DNA of 64,000 nucleotides from contig NMRA01000151.1 in NCBI GenBank assembly GCA_002633005.1, positions 414,400 through 478,399 of the forward strand, given 5' to 3'. Positions 41,382 to 52,915 of the stretch are shown piece after piece; within the stretch, counting starts at the first letter, position 1; every line of letters starts with the position of its first letter. This DNA comes from Phoronis australis (taxonomy: Eukaryota; Animalia; Phoronida). A model generated the notes under the pieces. That model worked only from the letters and a program-made list of their open reading frames with translations. It searched no databases and was not told the DNA's origin. The position numbers and the translations under genes are program-made.

Positions 41382-41639
41382 GTAAGTACATAGTCTAGTC
41401 GTTTTTAATCAGAACGTTACAGTTATACGCATACAAGGTTTGTCCCCTAGATTAAACAAGCGTAACTACCGAATTAGCAAAATCGGAATGTTAATAGAAT
41501 CGGCTTCTATACGTCGAATCTGTCCGAAAACGGGAACCTGTTGATTCTTTAATAGACATACATGTACATGTACATGTATTAGATACCTATTTATTAAATT
41601 TCATAAAAATCTGTCATGAAGGTTCAAAGAGGCAGAGGA

Positions 41640-42345
41640 TAACGAAAAAATGCCACTAGGGAGACACAACGGTATTCGAGTCCATCCTAATGTAGTCGTC
41701 TGTTGTCAACTTAACACTTTCAAAATTTGATAAAGATCCTATAAAAAGGGTTTGTTTAAAACAGCCAATGACAGACGCAAACAAGCTGCCACTAGGAGGT
41801 GTCACAGTCGTCTGGTTTATCCAAAAATCATAATCAGTCGTCCTCTTAACAGTAACAACACAAACGCCAAATTTCAAAGCCATCTTCAGAGTGGTTTGGT
41901 TGATAGAACGGCGGCCACCAAAATAGACTAGAAAACAATATAAATGGTCACCAGATGGCGCAATCTTCACCAAGTCCATCCAAAAACCGGAGCATGTCAT
42001 GTTTTTAATAGAAAGTTATTACCGGACTCGACACGGAACTTCAGAGAAACATAGGGAATGGAACAAGATGAAATTGCCACTAGGGGGCACAGCGCTCTTC
42101 GGTCTGTCCAAAAGTCGGCATCGTCCATTTTCAGCTTCATGTAAACAAACATACCAATAGAAGGTGCTGCAGAAGTCGAAGTCATCGGAAAATCATGTGC
42201 AAGAGCATATATGCAAATTTTCACTGTCATCCTTACAGTGATTTGGTTCATAGACGGTCGGACGCCAAAAAAATCGCCACGATGTGGTGCAAAATACATT
42301 GAATCCATCCGAAAACAACAGGATAGCAGCATATCTAGTAAAAAT
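41640..42345. repeat. Degenerate tandem repeat with a period of about 130-160 bp, likely internal to a HINE-like element
   Basis: Recurring gccactagg.ggc, gtcgtctg and ccaaaaa motifs. Confidence 0.5.
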
Positions 42346-44460
42346 CCGTTGAAGGCATTTGAAGTCACTGAGGCAAACGTATGTTACATTGTGTTTTAAT
42401 ATGTATGTTACTATTTTGACTTATTGTTAACCTCAGTGGATTTTATGGTGCTGTGCAGCTTTGTTCAGAGTTCTTGTCAGTGCCATTTTGTTACGCCAAT
42501 TATTGTGTATGATGTGGTGGTGTTTGCCCTGTTTTGGAGTTAGAATTACACTGGACAGCCTACTGAATAGTTTTCTACAATAACCCATTCGCAACGTTAC
42601 TTGAAGTATAGCTGACTTTGGCTGATCGTACATGTAACACGTAAAAAACTAAAATTGTGTCTCTAGAGGGTACACCGGTAGTCGAAACGGTCCGAAAGTT
42701 CGCTCATGCAATCCCATCAATAAAAGAATCACGTGCATACTTTCATGAACATACATTAAATCAATTTGGAGTTAGAGCAACGTACGTCGGAAGCCAGACG
42801 GTCGAACAAGGATGACGACATAGTTCATCCACATATAAATACATGGGCGCATAAAAAGGAAAGGCACCAATATCCTTTTATATTGACACCGGTCAATGTG
42901 ATGTTTCACGTCTTTTGGTATTTCTTGGTAGTTAGCGTTTGGTTGTTTGGCATCATACTCTGGCACTGTGAGCATGCATTTATTGTAGGACGTTATGCCC
43001 TCATCAGTGTCAAGTATACACCACCTAGAACTCCATGAGTACTTTCGTTGCTTGAAATTGAGATATTATCAAGCGATTATGAAACCGTGTCGCGCTCAAT
43101 TAAGATGCAAACCACTTACCTCTGCAAAATTAGTTGCAATTTTCAGTTCCTTACTTGGATTGGAAGTGGTTTTTAGTTTGCAATGACGTGCATGTAGCAG
43201 CTCGATATTCTTTGAGACCTTACTCGACTTATTAACTGACACGCACGCTTGTGCAGCCTGATGTGAAACAATAACCACCTGTCAGTTCTTTTGAGGCCCT
43301 GGCACCATTCACTACTTAAAAAGAAAGAATTTGAGACTCACTTTATAACAGTAAGTGGCCTTGAACATTTTTGAGATCGTATGCAGATTTATGCTAGATT
43401 TTTACGCGAGGTGTTCCGGATGTTATATATGTATTTCGGGAGATTCTTTGAGTTCACCATTCCTTTTCACATGAGGCCCAGTGACCAAAACGTCTTTGCA
43501 TGTGTTGTGGTTTCCCAGCCACGAATATCGTTTCAAACAGCACAACTGTCACTGATTTTTCAAGTGAAAATTAAAGAAACTGAGTGACTGAAATTGAGCG
43601 CTAAAAACGCTATGCTAGCAACAACACCTTTGCAATGTTTTACGTCGCTAGCGGCATAATTCCTCCTGATGTAACTTTTGCTTTCTGTCGAAGTCAGAGT
43701 GATTATATCGCCCTGCCCTGTTCTTATCAGAAAAGTCAGCCCTCAAAACATAACTATGTTTCAGCAACAACGAATGTGAATGGATAAAAAGCTCTCTTTA
43801 AGTCTAATTGACAGATATGTCCTTATCCACACTTTTTCCGTTGTCTCCGACAATTTTGCTGTTCCCTAAGTAATAGCACGTTTGCCTGTACAAAAGAAGA
43901 AGCTGACTTTCAGACGTAGTTATAGAAACAGAGATTGGACGTCATATATAAACAGAGCGAGAAGGCACCCAACTCACGTGCCGTCAGTTTGTTGTGTGAA
44001 AATTCACGCGAAACAATCTAACGTGCCATAAGCGGATCAGGGTCTTTATTCCCAAAAAGCAACGTAATCTTCATCCGCCTGGTGACACTTCGTGCCATGA
44101 TATGCTAACTCTAAACAATCGTAAGAATCACGAATAGCCCAAAGGTTACGAAGTTAGGGCTTCACACCACTGCTTGCACCAGCTGTTTGAGTTTTTTAAA
44201 ACTCACACTTGAGTTTTTTAAAACTCACACTTAAAAGTAATGTCTCCGGAACATTTCTGGACAGTTTTATTAAATAAATCGAAAGTATGTGAAACCTGTG
44301 GAATTCACAGTCTACGGTATCAGGGTGGTGGTCAGGTCACTTGGATCACAGCAGTTAACTTTTATACCTAACTGTAACATTTATAAAATTTCGAAATACT
44401 AGGCCAATGGAAACAAACACACGCGGAATATTGGTATATCAAATAAACACAGAAACACAA

Positions 44461-44521
44461 CTGGGAGTCGAAACACAGGTCTGTACATTGTCAGTCTAGT
44501 GCTCTTACCATTGAGCTACGT
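44461..44521 (-). repeat. tRNA-derived SINE head or tRNA pseudogene fragment
   Basis: Reverse complement has an A box TAGCTCAATGGTAAGAGC and a B box GTTTCGACTCCC, but the stems are broken. Confidence 0.55.
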
Positions 44522-45034
44522 AGGATCCGATATCTGTGTACTTCCTGTTTGCAGCCAACTGCTATTTCAGACATCCCGTGAGCGGCGTTTCGCCTTTTTC
44601 ACTCGACAATTTTATAACCAGCAACTTACCAGTATATATTAGATTTAGTAAATACATTGACGCTGAGGTTGGCCAATAGTGAAAATATTTCAAATAAACA
44701 CGTGTTATGGCAGAGGGGGTGGGGGAGGGGAGTAGAATTTGGGAATTTTGGATGAAATGAAATGTGACCGTTCCCAAGCAATTATTTTCAAAGCAGCAAC
44801 TAGATCACAGTACACCAGTGTATCCACACATCCAGCTTGTTCGCCCTTAACAACAGTGTGCCATGCATTGGTCACGGTTGATGTATTTGCGTTACCAGGA
44901 ATCTATTGGCATACAAAACGGGCATCCTTTGGTTTTAAAAGGGAAATTATTGAGCTCGAAGCCAATATGCGTATGTTCTGGTTTTCGATTCCACGACATC
45001 TTTTGGTAAAAGTCTACCAAGCTTCATATTAATA

Positions 45035-45277
45035 CATGCGCGCACCCGGGGGGGGGGGCGGCTCGGGGGATCGAACGAAGTGGACAAAAAGGTCCGCCTC
45101 GGAGAAACAAAAAAGTCCGAGAAAACGAAACAAAAGTCTACTAACAAGACGCAAACGCATAGTTCACAGTTCTGAACGTTGGTACCGTTTTTTTTAGTGC
45201 TCCCGACTTTTTGTCAGGAAAAGGTCCTCAACCACAGAAATTCGAACCCCCCATTTTCAAGGCTGGGTGCGCGCATG
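45035..45277. mobile_element. MITE with CATG termini and 5-bp TSD
   Basis: TIRs catgcgcgcaccc / gggtgcgcgcatg with TAATA on both flanks. A second copy lies at about 57776-58007. Confidence 0.8.
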
Positions 45278-45502
45278 TAATACCTATTTATGTTACCGTG
45301 TGAGCCTAACAATTGAATCTTTAATAATGCTTTGTGTATTATGTTGCTTTGACTTAATATCAATGTGACCAGGAGTGAAACGATTTTCTGTATTTCATTG
45401 AATTCAGGACGACTAAAATTATCCAAAAGGATTGGAACTCTTTTAGGTCAGCTGTTTTTTGCCACCATAAGTTTCTAACTGAGATACTGATTAATCTTTC
45501 AG

Positions 45503-45823
45503 ACGGACCTTTAACAGTTTATCTTGAAACCAAAAGCTTTGCCGTTTACCAAAACTCTACCACCAATACAGTCAACGTCATCGAGGCGAAGAGTTATACA
45601 TTTAATTGCACGACGGGCCACACATTTCCGGGTGCAGTTATCAACTTCACTCAGCATTCAGAATTGACAGTTGGCCAGACACGAAAAGTCGGAAAAGCTT
45701 TCTTCCGCAACTTTACCTTTATTGCACACAGGAGGTTGAACGACGAAACCTTTGTATGTACAGCAACAAACAATCTTTCAAGGAATAACCCGGTGTCTAT
45801 TGAGATGACATTTGATGTCTCTT
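45503..45823 (+). CDS. Ig-like domain exon H (321 nt)
   Basis: Acceptor tctttcag and donor GTAAGT. xGPLTVYL...FNCTTGHTFPGAVINF...FIAHRRLNDETFVCTATN...MTFDVS. Confidence 0.9.
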
Positions 45824-45997
45824 GTAAGTTGTCCAACATCATAAAATATATGCAATGTGTGTAGATATTCAAAATACGTTAACCCCTTTCATTACTTGCA
45901 AATTGAAACTGGTCTTGTGTCGTAAAAATCCTGTTTGTTTATTTTTTCTGTGTGGGTTCTGACATTTGCCAAAAAAAGTTCTACGTTTCCGTTTCAG

Positions 45998-46342
45998 TTG
46001 GACCAATCACTGCGTCTATAGTAGACGTTATCCCTTTAGACGGTGGTTACTTAAGAAAAGAGCAACGTGGCGTTTACACTGTTCGGTCTGGATTCAATTA
46101 CACCGTGAAGTGTGTCACAGACAACGTCTTCCCCGATGCAGACTTTATTTGGACGCCAAATATTTTTTTGGTTGGCCCTTCTTCGGTGGAGTCTGCCGAT
46201 CTACACCGAGGTCACAAATACAGCACTGTGGGAACCTTCATGGCGACGCCTTATATAAACAAGAAAGTTATCAAGTGCACAGCGACGAACAGAGACAGTT
46301 CTGATAAAAAGGCATCAGCGTCCGCTATTCTACACGTCGTGT
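45998..46342 (+). CDS. Ig-like domain exon I (345 nt)
   Basis: Acceptor tttccgtttcag and donor GTAAGT. xGPITASI...VKCVTDNVFPDADFIW...FMATPYINKKVIKCTATN...ILHVV. Confidence 0.9.
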
Positions 46343-47659
46343 GTAAGTTAATGACTTGTTGAGTGTTCTGCGGCGACTGATGTCACGCAACTATTGATTG
46401 CTTCTCTGTTATTCGAAGGATACAGGTTTACTTGCTTTGCTTGATGTAGACGACCCTTTCTTTGGACGCCTACGTGTGATAAATTGAGCTTCCTCACAGT
46501 CACATCATCTTCATATTCTCTCGAGAAGTTGCCGTTTTCATGTCTTGTTACTCTACCCGTCGTGTTATTATCAGGTTTTTATCATTTTACTCTGCGCCTA
46601 CCAGCGCAGAATCTTGTTATTTTTTGGATTTTTATCTTATCATTACTCTGCGAAACAACTTCAAACCCACATATCTGATTGGTACATGCAATTGAGTTCC
46701 AATTCTAAAGTTTCAGGTCATTTGGTGCCAACATGGGGTCGTTAGGTGCATGTTCCTTCTTAAATAAAACACCTATTTTGAAGTTGCAACAGTTAGACGA
46801 CTCTGATTCTCAGCAGTAAACACACTTTTAATGAACTTTGCAATAAATCCACTAGAAAGGCACCAGAAAGGGACAACTAGTGCAAAGGTCATCTATTTTT
46901 CAAAATGTTATTTCTCCTACATTTTTCAAGGAATTCTCTTCAATTTCAGCAAACAGGTGTTACCTTACATGTAATGAGGAATGGTACTTTACTAAGCAAT
47001 AGCGAATGTGCGAACCCAACGCTCATGCCCCACACCCGTTCCTATCTATTGCATTCTGGGATAGTATGTATGCCTAGCAACAGCGCGAGAGTTTGTACAC
47101 GGAAGAGATTATAGCAGCTGATTATGAGCATAATGTCACCCGGGCCCGGTCTCCTACTCAGACTCGAATCATACTCAAACTCACACTTCATACTCAACTC
47201 GAGTACAGACTCAGCTTTGGTGTATTCAATGTCATACTCGAAATATCTTTACTCGAAATTTCGAGCACCGTACTCAAGTCTCGAGTATAGACCTAATAGC
47301 GGATTTGTAGCGCAAACGAACTACGCATTGCGCATGTGCGAGTTACTTCCTGCGCGAAGGCTCATGGGATAGCTTGTGGTCAGGCATGTCTTGAGCAGGC
47401 TGGATAGTGTGTGCATTTGGAGTGATTTACAAACTAAAAACCATGTTTCATTTTTTTTTGCTTTTGCTTTATAATACCAAGCAAGTCCTCTCTCTCGTTT
47501 GTAAACACAGCGTAGCTATGATCAGTGACCGTGCGACCGAGGGCACGCATGTCGTCATGTTCAGTATTGGGGCTATCGACGTTTCGAAATCTCCTCCGGT
47601 TTCAGACAAGTTGAGAGTTCTTGGGTTGATTAACTTTTGTAGCTTTCGCCGTGGATATG

Positions 47660-48690
47660 CTAGAGACGTTAATTTTAAGAGGAAACTCGGAATGTTGTTC
47701 TCATACGTCTTTTTTCCACCAGGAAAATGTTCGCTGCACACACGATGGCCCCTAGGCAATTACATCGCACTGGATGCCGCAGGCATTCAGGGGTGATAGT
47801 AGGCCTACAGCGTCACAAAAAGTTACTCATTTCAAAATACAGCAAATAAAATCAAATGAACCATATAGGAACACGGAGTTATAATTAACACATACCACGA
47901 CAATTTAGTCAGCAAAACTTGAACAAATCGATGAAAATCTGTCGCGGTTTGCTCGAGTTTCTCTCAGTTACCGGGTGCCATTTTGAGGAAGTTACGTGAA
48001 ATTACGCATGTTGACGAATAAAAAGTCCAAGGGACACACATCTCACAAGTTTTACCCGATACCTTATGCTACTTTACAAGTGTCGCGCGCTAGCGTCACG
48101 GGCTAGCGTCACGCGCTTCGCTCAGTCTCGCGCTAACCTTTGCCTAACTCACGTGATTCAGTTGACATGCTTTGTGGTTATCGCGCACGCGGTGATAAAA
48201 TTAACGGCAACCAAAAAGTGGAGTTGTAATTCTCAACTTAATTCTCAGAGCTAAGCTTCATCAAAGAGATGTATAGAAGTAGAAAGGGCCAATGATGAAA
48301 GTAAGCGTTTTTTTAAATGATAGTTTTAAAAGTAGAATGCATTTTGACCAGGTGAAAACTCGAAATCGGTAACCCAAATCCGGTCACGGCCCTTTTAAAA
48401 TACACTGAAGTAACGAAATGAGTACAGAAAGCGAATGGAAGTATTGTAGCCCCTAAATGGCCAACCGAGGGGCTACGTGTTGCCTACTAGATGGCCCCAC
48501 GTTGGTTTGAATGCGAAAAGTAAATCTCCCCTTACTCCCAGCTCTCCTAATGTTGTTTATCCATTTTTCACGAAGTTCTTGGTTTGCAGGGAACACATAA
48601 AAACTCAGATTTTTATCTCTCTTCTTGTTTTTGAAGCAGCCAGGAACACAACAAGTGTATCGGCGGTAAGTTTTCTTCGCGCTCATACCG
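47660..48690 (-). pseudogene. THAP domain split by an insertion
   Basis: YTCCVPGCFKNKKRDKNLSFYVFPANQELREKWINNIRR...FKPTWGH joins RVCSEHFPGGKKTYENNIPS, giving a complete C2CH signature. Confidence 0.85.
47753..48489. mobile_element. 737-bp insertion with TAG...CTA ends and a 9-bp TSD
   Basis: GATGGCCCC at 47744-47752 and 48490-48498. Short imperfect TIR taggcaa / ttgccta. Confidence 0.75.
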
Positions 48691-48846
48691 CGTATTATGC
48701 TTGTTACTATGGCCGCTTTCGGAATCCTGACCACAGCACCCACAATGCACCATTTTAACCTAATTTCAATATGGCGTCGCTGCAAATCCGATATTCACGC
48801 CGACAGAAGGCGGGATTCCAAAACGAGGCTAGCTGCGATAGCTCTG

Positions 48847-48992
48847 TTGGCTTATCGGCATAGTTGTATTCCGCGTTGCTTGAACGCCTGAAAAAATACG
48901 GACTCTCAACTGTCTATTTTACAATCCCTTAGGACTTTGAGATTCGGAAGCGTTGGGTCGTTGCCATACGCCGCTACAAAGGAAAATATGGC
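48847..48992 (+). pseudogene. Second, divergently oriented THAP remnant
   Basis: HSCIPRCLN...FTIP*DFEIRKRWVVAIRRYKG. Confidence 0.6.
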
Positions 48993-51791
48993 CGTGTAAA
49001 ATTTATAAATGTTTTCGAAAAGTTAGATCATATTTTAATTGTCGCATTTTGGTTGCCGAGCATTATAGCAACGACCGGAGAATCTTCGGTCAACCAGGCT
49101 GTGTTTTCATGACTACGGGTTGAAACATGAGGCATTTTAGTTTCCAAAAAATTCCTCGATTTTGGGGCCGAGTATCGGCCCTATTCCCTCCTCAAAAATT
49201 TTGAAAAATCACGCGAAAAAAAATCCCCAGTGATTGAAACTTTCTCTCCGGAGTCAGTTCAAATCACAAGTGTAACCACACAGGTGACACTTTGAAAGAG
49301 CACAAAATGCTACTTGAGACAGAGCTTACATATATGAACGCGTGCAACAGGACTGAGGTGCTATTGATGGTGATCGGGAGGTAGATTTTTCCCCTCACTC
49401 GGCGAAAAATTTTCCCTCTCAGAAGGCACAGACACCTTCCCCTCGGATGAGCGAGGCCCATGAAGAAACATGATGACTATGTTTGCCCTGTCCAGTTAAC
49501 TGAAATTGAGCTCTAAAACCAGGTTATGCTTTGGACAAACGAATTAGGTGTTTTAATTTTGAAATTCAACGTGGTCCAAATTGATATTTGAAACCTAACA
49601 CATGAAATAGAAGTAAGAGTTATTAAAACCAAGAAAGCAGAATTGAGGGTCAAATAATTTTTATTTTCAGTTACGAGCCTCATCAACAATACGAGCAGAT
49701 AGCCTGGTTCGTGTAGAAAGCATTTTTATCAACAATTTACAAGAAGAAACGTAACCCTGCATTCAGCATAATACCTAACCCGTAACACTGCGATCGCCGC
49801 AATTTGGTCACATTTACTTTTCATGTTTCGAACCTCGTTTTCCGAAAAATACTTATACCCTTTCGTCCGACAACTCTTTGCTGCAATGGCTTGTTCTCTA
49901 ATGTATTTTTCTACGTCTCCGTGGTTAATTATCGACAAATTTTAAAGATTTATTATCCAACTTGGACTCGAAAGATCGGCCATTTAACTCACGCAATGTC
50001 AACTTCCGCTTTGTTTATCGCAGTGAGCCTCGCTTTGAATTTTAATATCCGCCGCGTGAAGTAGATCTATACTCGAAGTGAAGTGTATCTATATTTCAAG
50101 TACAATATTGAGTAAAAATTCCGAGTATATGCTCCAAATTTCAAGTTTGGTTTGGAAGTGTGCTTAAAATCGTACTCGAAAATAAATACGGCGGATGTGA
50201 GACACAGACAAACTACTCCATGAGCGAAAGAAGAAAATATCGAAAAGACAATGAGAGAAACAGAGAATCTTTGGAAAATTTAAGTCCTCAACCATAATTC
50301 AGCACTTGAGTTTTCATTTTAAATATTCGTCACCTTAATCCGCCGTATCACCGCACTTCATTGCCACCAATTTTTAAAGTTTTTCTTATCACGATTCCTG
50401 GCAACTAGCGAATGCTAATCCCATATCGACGGGTCATTACAAGGGTCAAAAGCAGCTATGGGGTGGGGGTTGCCGTGATTGAAGTGGGTGCGAAACGGTT
50501 TGTAGCTTGCGGTTTCCTAAAGACGAGGAAAGTTAAAAAACAATTTGCTTCGCTGTTAGATTTCACATCATAGTTTAGTCATCGATAATTCCTCAATCCC
50601 GGAATGATATTCCCGATTTTGTTTGCCGATTTGTGAGTAGACGTCTTATCCCGTTCACTGATGAACTCGAACTGAATGCCTGTACATGTTGTGTTTTTAA
50701 CTCACGCGCCAAATGTCAGCTAACTTGATACATCCCGGTAAAATGCAAAGATACAGTATCAAAGTTTTGACATCAGCGTAGGCCTACACGGCAATGGGTT
50801 CTTTACAAGAGAGAACAGGGGTTGACCAGTAACCAAACAACTGCGGCCCAAAAATGTCGATTGGAGTTTCGGGCTGATGTGGACAACCGGTTAACTAGAG
50901 AACACCACCGCTGGCAATTAAGGTACAAACTTTTGAAATTCGACATCCCGTCAAAGAAAATGTGCAATTAGAACTCTGCCTTAAAAATGTTGGTTGCAGG
51001 CCTGTGATATGGTACCCGACTCCCGTGCCGGGGTCACCGTCCCACCACTGCAGTGAAAAAGAAAATTTCAATATGCCGTGAATCGTTGAGTGATCATGCC
51101 AATTTTAGGAGTAAATGAGTCAAGTGTAATGCCCCCTGACTAAATCAGACACTAAGATTTTGGCTGCTCCGCTCCGGCCGACTGCCGAGTGACTTTCTTT
51201 GATAAGCTGTTTCAAATTTCACATTTTCCGGCGAGAGATAAGGAACTCAACTTAAAGTAAAGCTTAATAATTGGCAAATATATCAAGAAATGGTAGAATA
51301 TTGTATCATAAAGTTGAAACTGAAAAATGACTTACAGTTACAGAACACTCAGCATTCTACGTTATACTCTTGTAATTGTAGCGGGAGCTGACGATAACAT
51401 AGTTGCTAGGGTAGTCGATGCGAATGTAGGGAGCGCTGAATCAGCGCGACTTTGCGTGGTTTTGCATTTCACACCATAAAGAGTTCCATAGCAACTCGAA
51501 TACGATTCTCAGATTTTACTACGTTTGGAGTCTACTCGAAATGCGACATTAAATACGCTTTTTCTAGTACGACTCCATTGAGCACGATTTTGAGTATGAA
51601 ATCTCGAGTATGAGTATTAGTCTGAGTACGGTGATTGCAGACCGGGCCCCGGTTGAATACAGTCACAGTCGACTGAGGTGTGGTGCGCCAACGGTGACTT
51701 TATTCATTTCCAAAACAGTTCTATAATAAAATACAGTTGCATGCTTCCTGCACTAGTTATTCGTTTAATATTAATTTTTTGATAAGAATTC

Positions 51792-52915
51792 AAACGAGAG
51801 CGCTCGGAGGAGCGACACTTGGCAGAATTAATCGAAATGACGACGGTGAGGGAGACGACGACAAGGCGGCAATTATGAATAACACGATAACATTCATGTG
51901 ACTAGCGAAGAAATCAAATAGAGAGCATACAATCAACTACAATAAAGAACAATAGATGGCGCAACATGACGGTCCAGTCTACAGTAGGACAGTGCTGGCT
52001 GGGATATTCTGGGTCAACTAGGCATAACCAAAACAAAGTGAACAGAAAGCCAGCCAGCTGCGTGCTTGCATAGGTGACCGAATTGGAACAACGGTATCCG
52101 TAAATCTCAAATAATTAAAAAAGTAGACGTTGTAGCGCAAAATGGAAAATATCTTCTGAAAGCCCGTTCAAAATTCTATCTAAAGTGCTAGTTTGGCAAA
52201 AATCCAAGAATTTTTCGAGAAAATTGACAATTTGCCATTTTTTTGAAATTCAAAGTCAAATAACTCGAAAACGGTAAGTCTGAGAAATACGCTCTTGCGG
52301 ACTTTTTGAAAGGCCATACTTCAAGGAATCCACATGCAAAAATTCACGTCATTTGCTCTTCCCGTTAAAAATGCGACACCAGAGCGATTGAAACCGTGTG
52401 AACATGCGCCACAGCCGCCATAATGAAAGTGACTTCCGGTTCAATAATTTTTTATAAAAGCTTATTAAACTGAACAAACACGTCACCAGTTTGAAAGTGA
52501 TTGGTTTGCAAATGCGCCCTCTATAGGAGAAAACGTTTTTAGCCATATTTCGGGGTGCACATGCGCCATGTTCAATATTTCCGCCATCTTTAACTGGAAG
52601 TCAACGATTTTCTGCACATTTATAGCACTTGCCATCTAGTATATTCGTATTGATTTTCAGCTATCTAGGTTGAAAAATGCGGCCTCTACGAGTATTTGAC
52701 CGTGAAATTGGATACAAAATGGCCGCCACGTCCGCCATTTTGTATCCGATCATGACTAAAAACAATAGCGTTCTAGCAGTTCCCAATCTACACGTCGTGT
52801 GCAAATTTCGTGAAAATCGGACGAAAATTGCGACCTGTAGAAAGCGAACAAGCAAACAAAAAAAAACTGTCAGACCAACATACTTGACGGAATTCGAAGA
52901 ATTCCGCCAAGTAAA
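51792..52915. mobile_element. Helentron-associated (HINE/DINE-like) non-autonomous element
   Basis: Subterminal inverted repeat acttggcagaatt / aattccgccaagt, terminal hairpin cttgacggaattcgaagaattccgccaag, A-rich flanks. Confidence 0.6.

Larger units (their letters stand above)
47142..51649. mobile_element. GGGCCCGGTC-terminated PIF/Harbinger-like element with THAP remnants
   Basis: Inverted termini gggcccggtct..tactcagact / agtctgagta..agaccgggccc, with subterminal TACTC(G/A)A arrays. TSD not resolved. Confidence 0.7.

Noticed and set aside
42660-42726. gtcgaaacggtc followed by aataaa, like a Penelope hammerhead or pLTR
   Set aside because: No intact CTGANGA core and no second copy seen.
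44188-44231. 22-bp tandem duplication ttgagttttttaaaactcacac
   Set aside because: Simple local duplication with no further structure.
31100-46450. Searched by eye for RSS heptamer/nonamer signals or shared docking/selector sequences flanking the Ig exons
   Set aside because: No conserved flanking motif beyond normal splice signals was visible. A MEME run on the flanks would be needed to exclude one.
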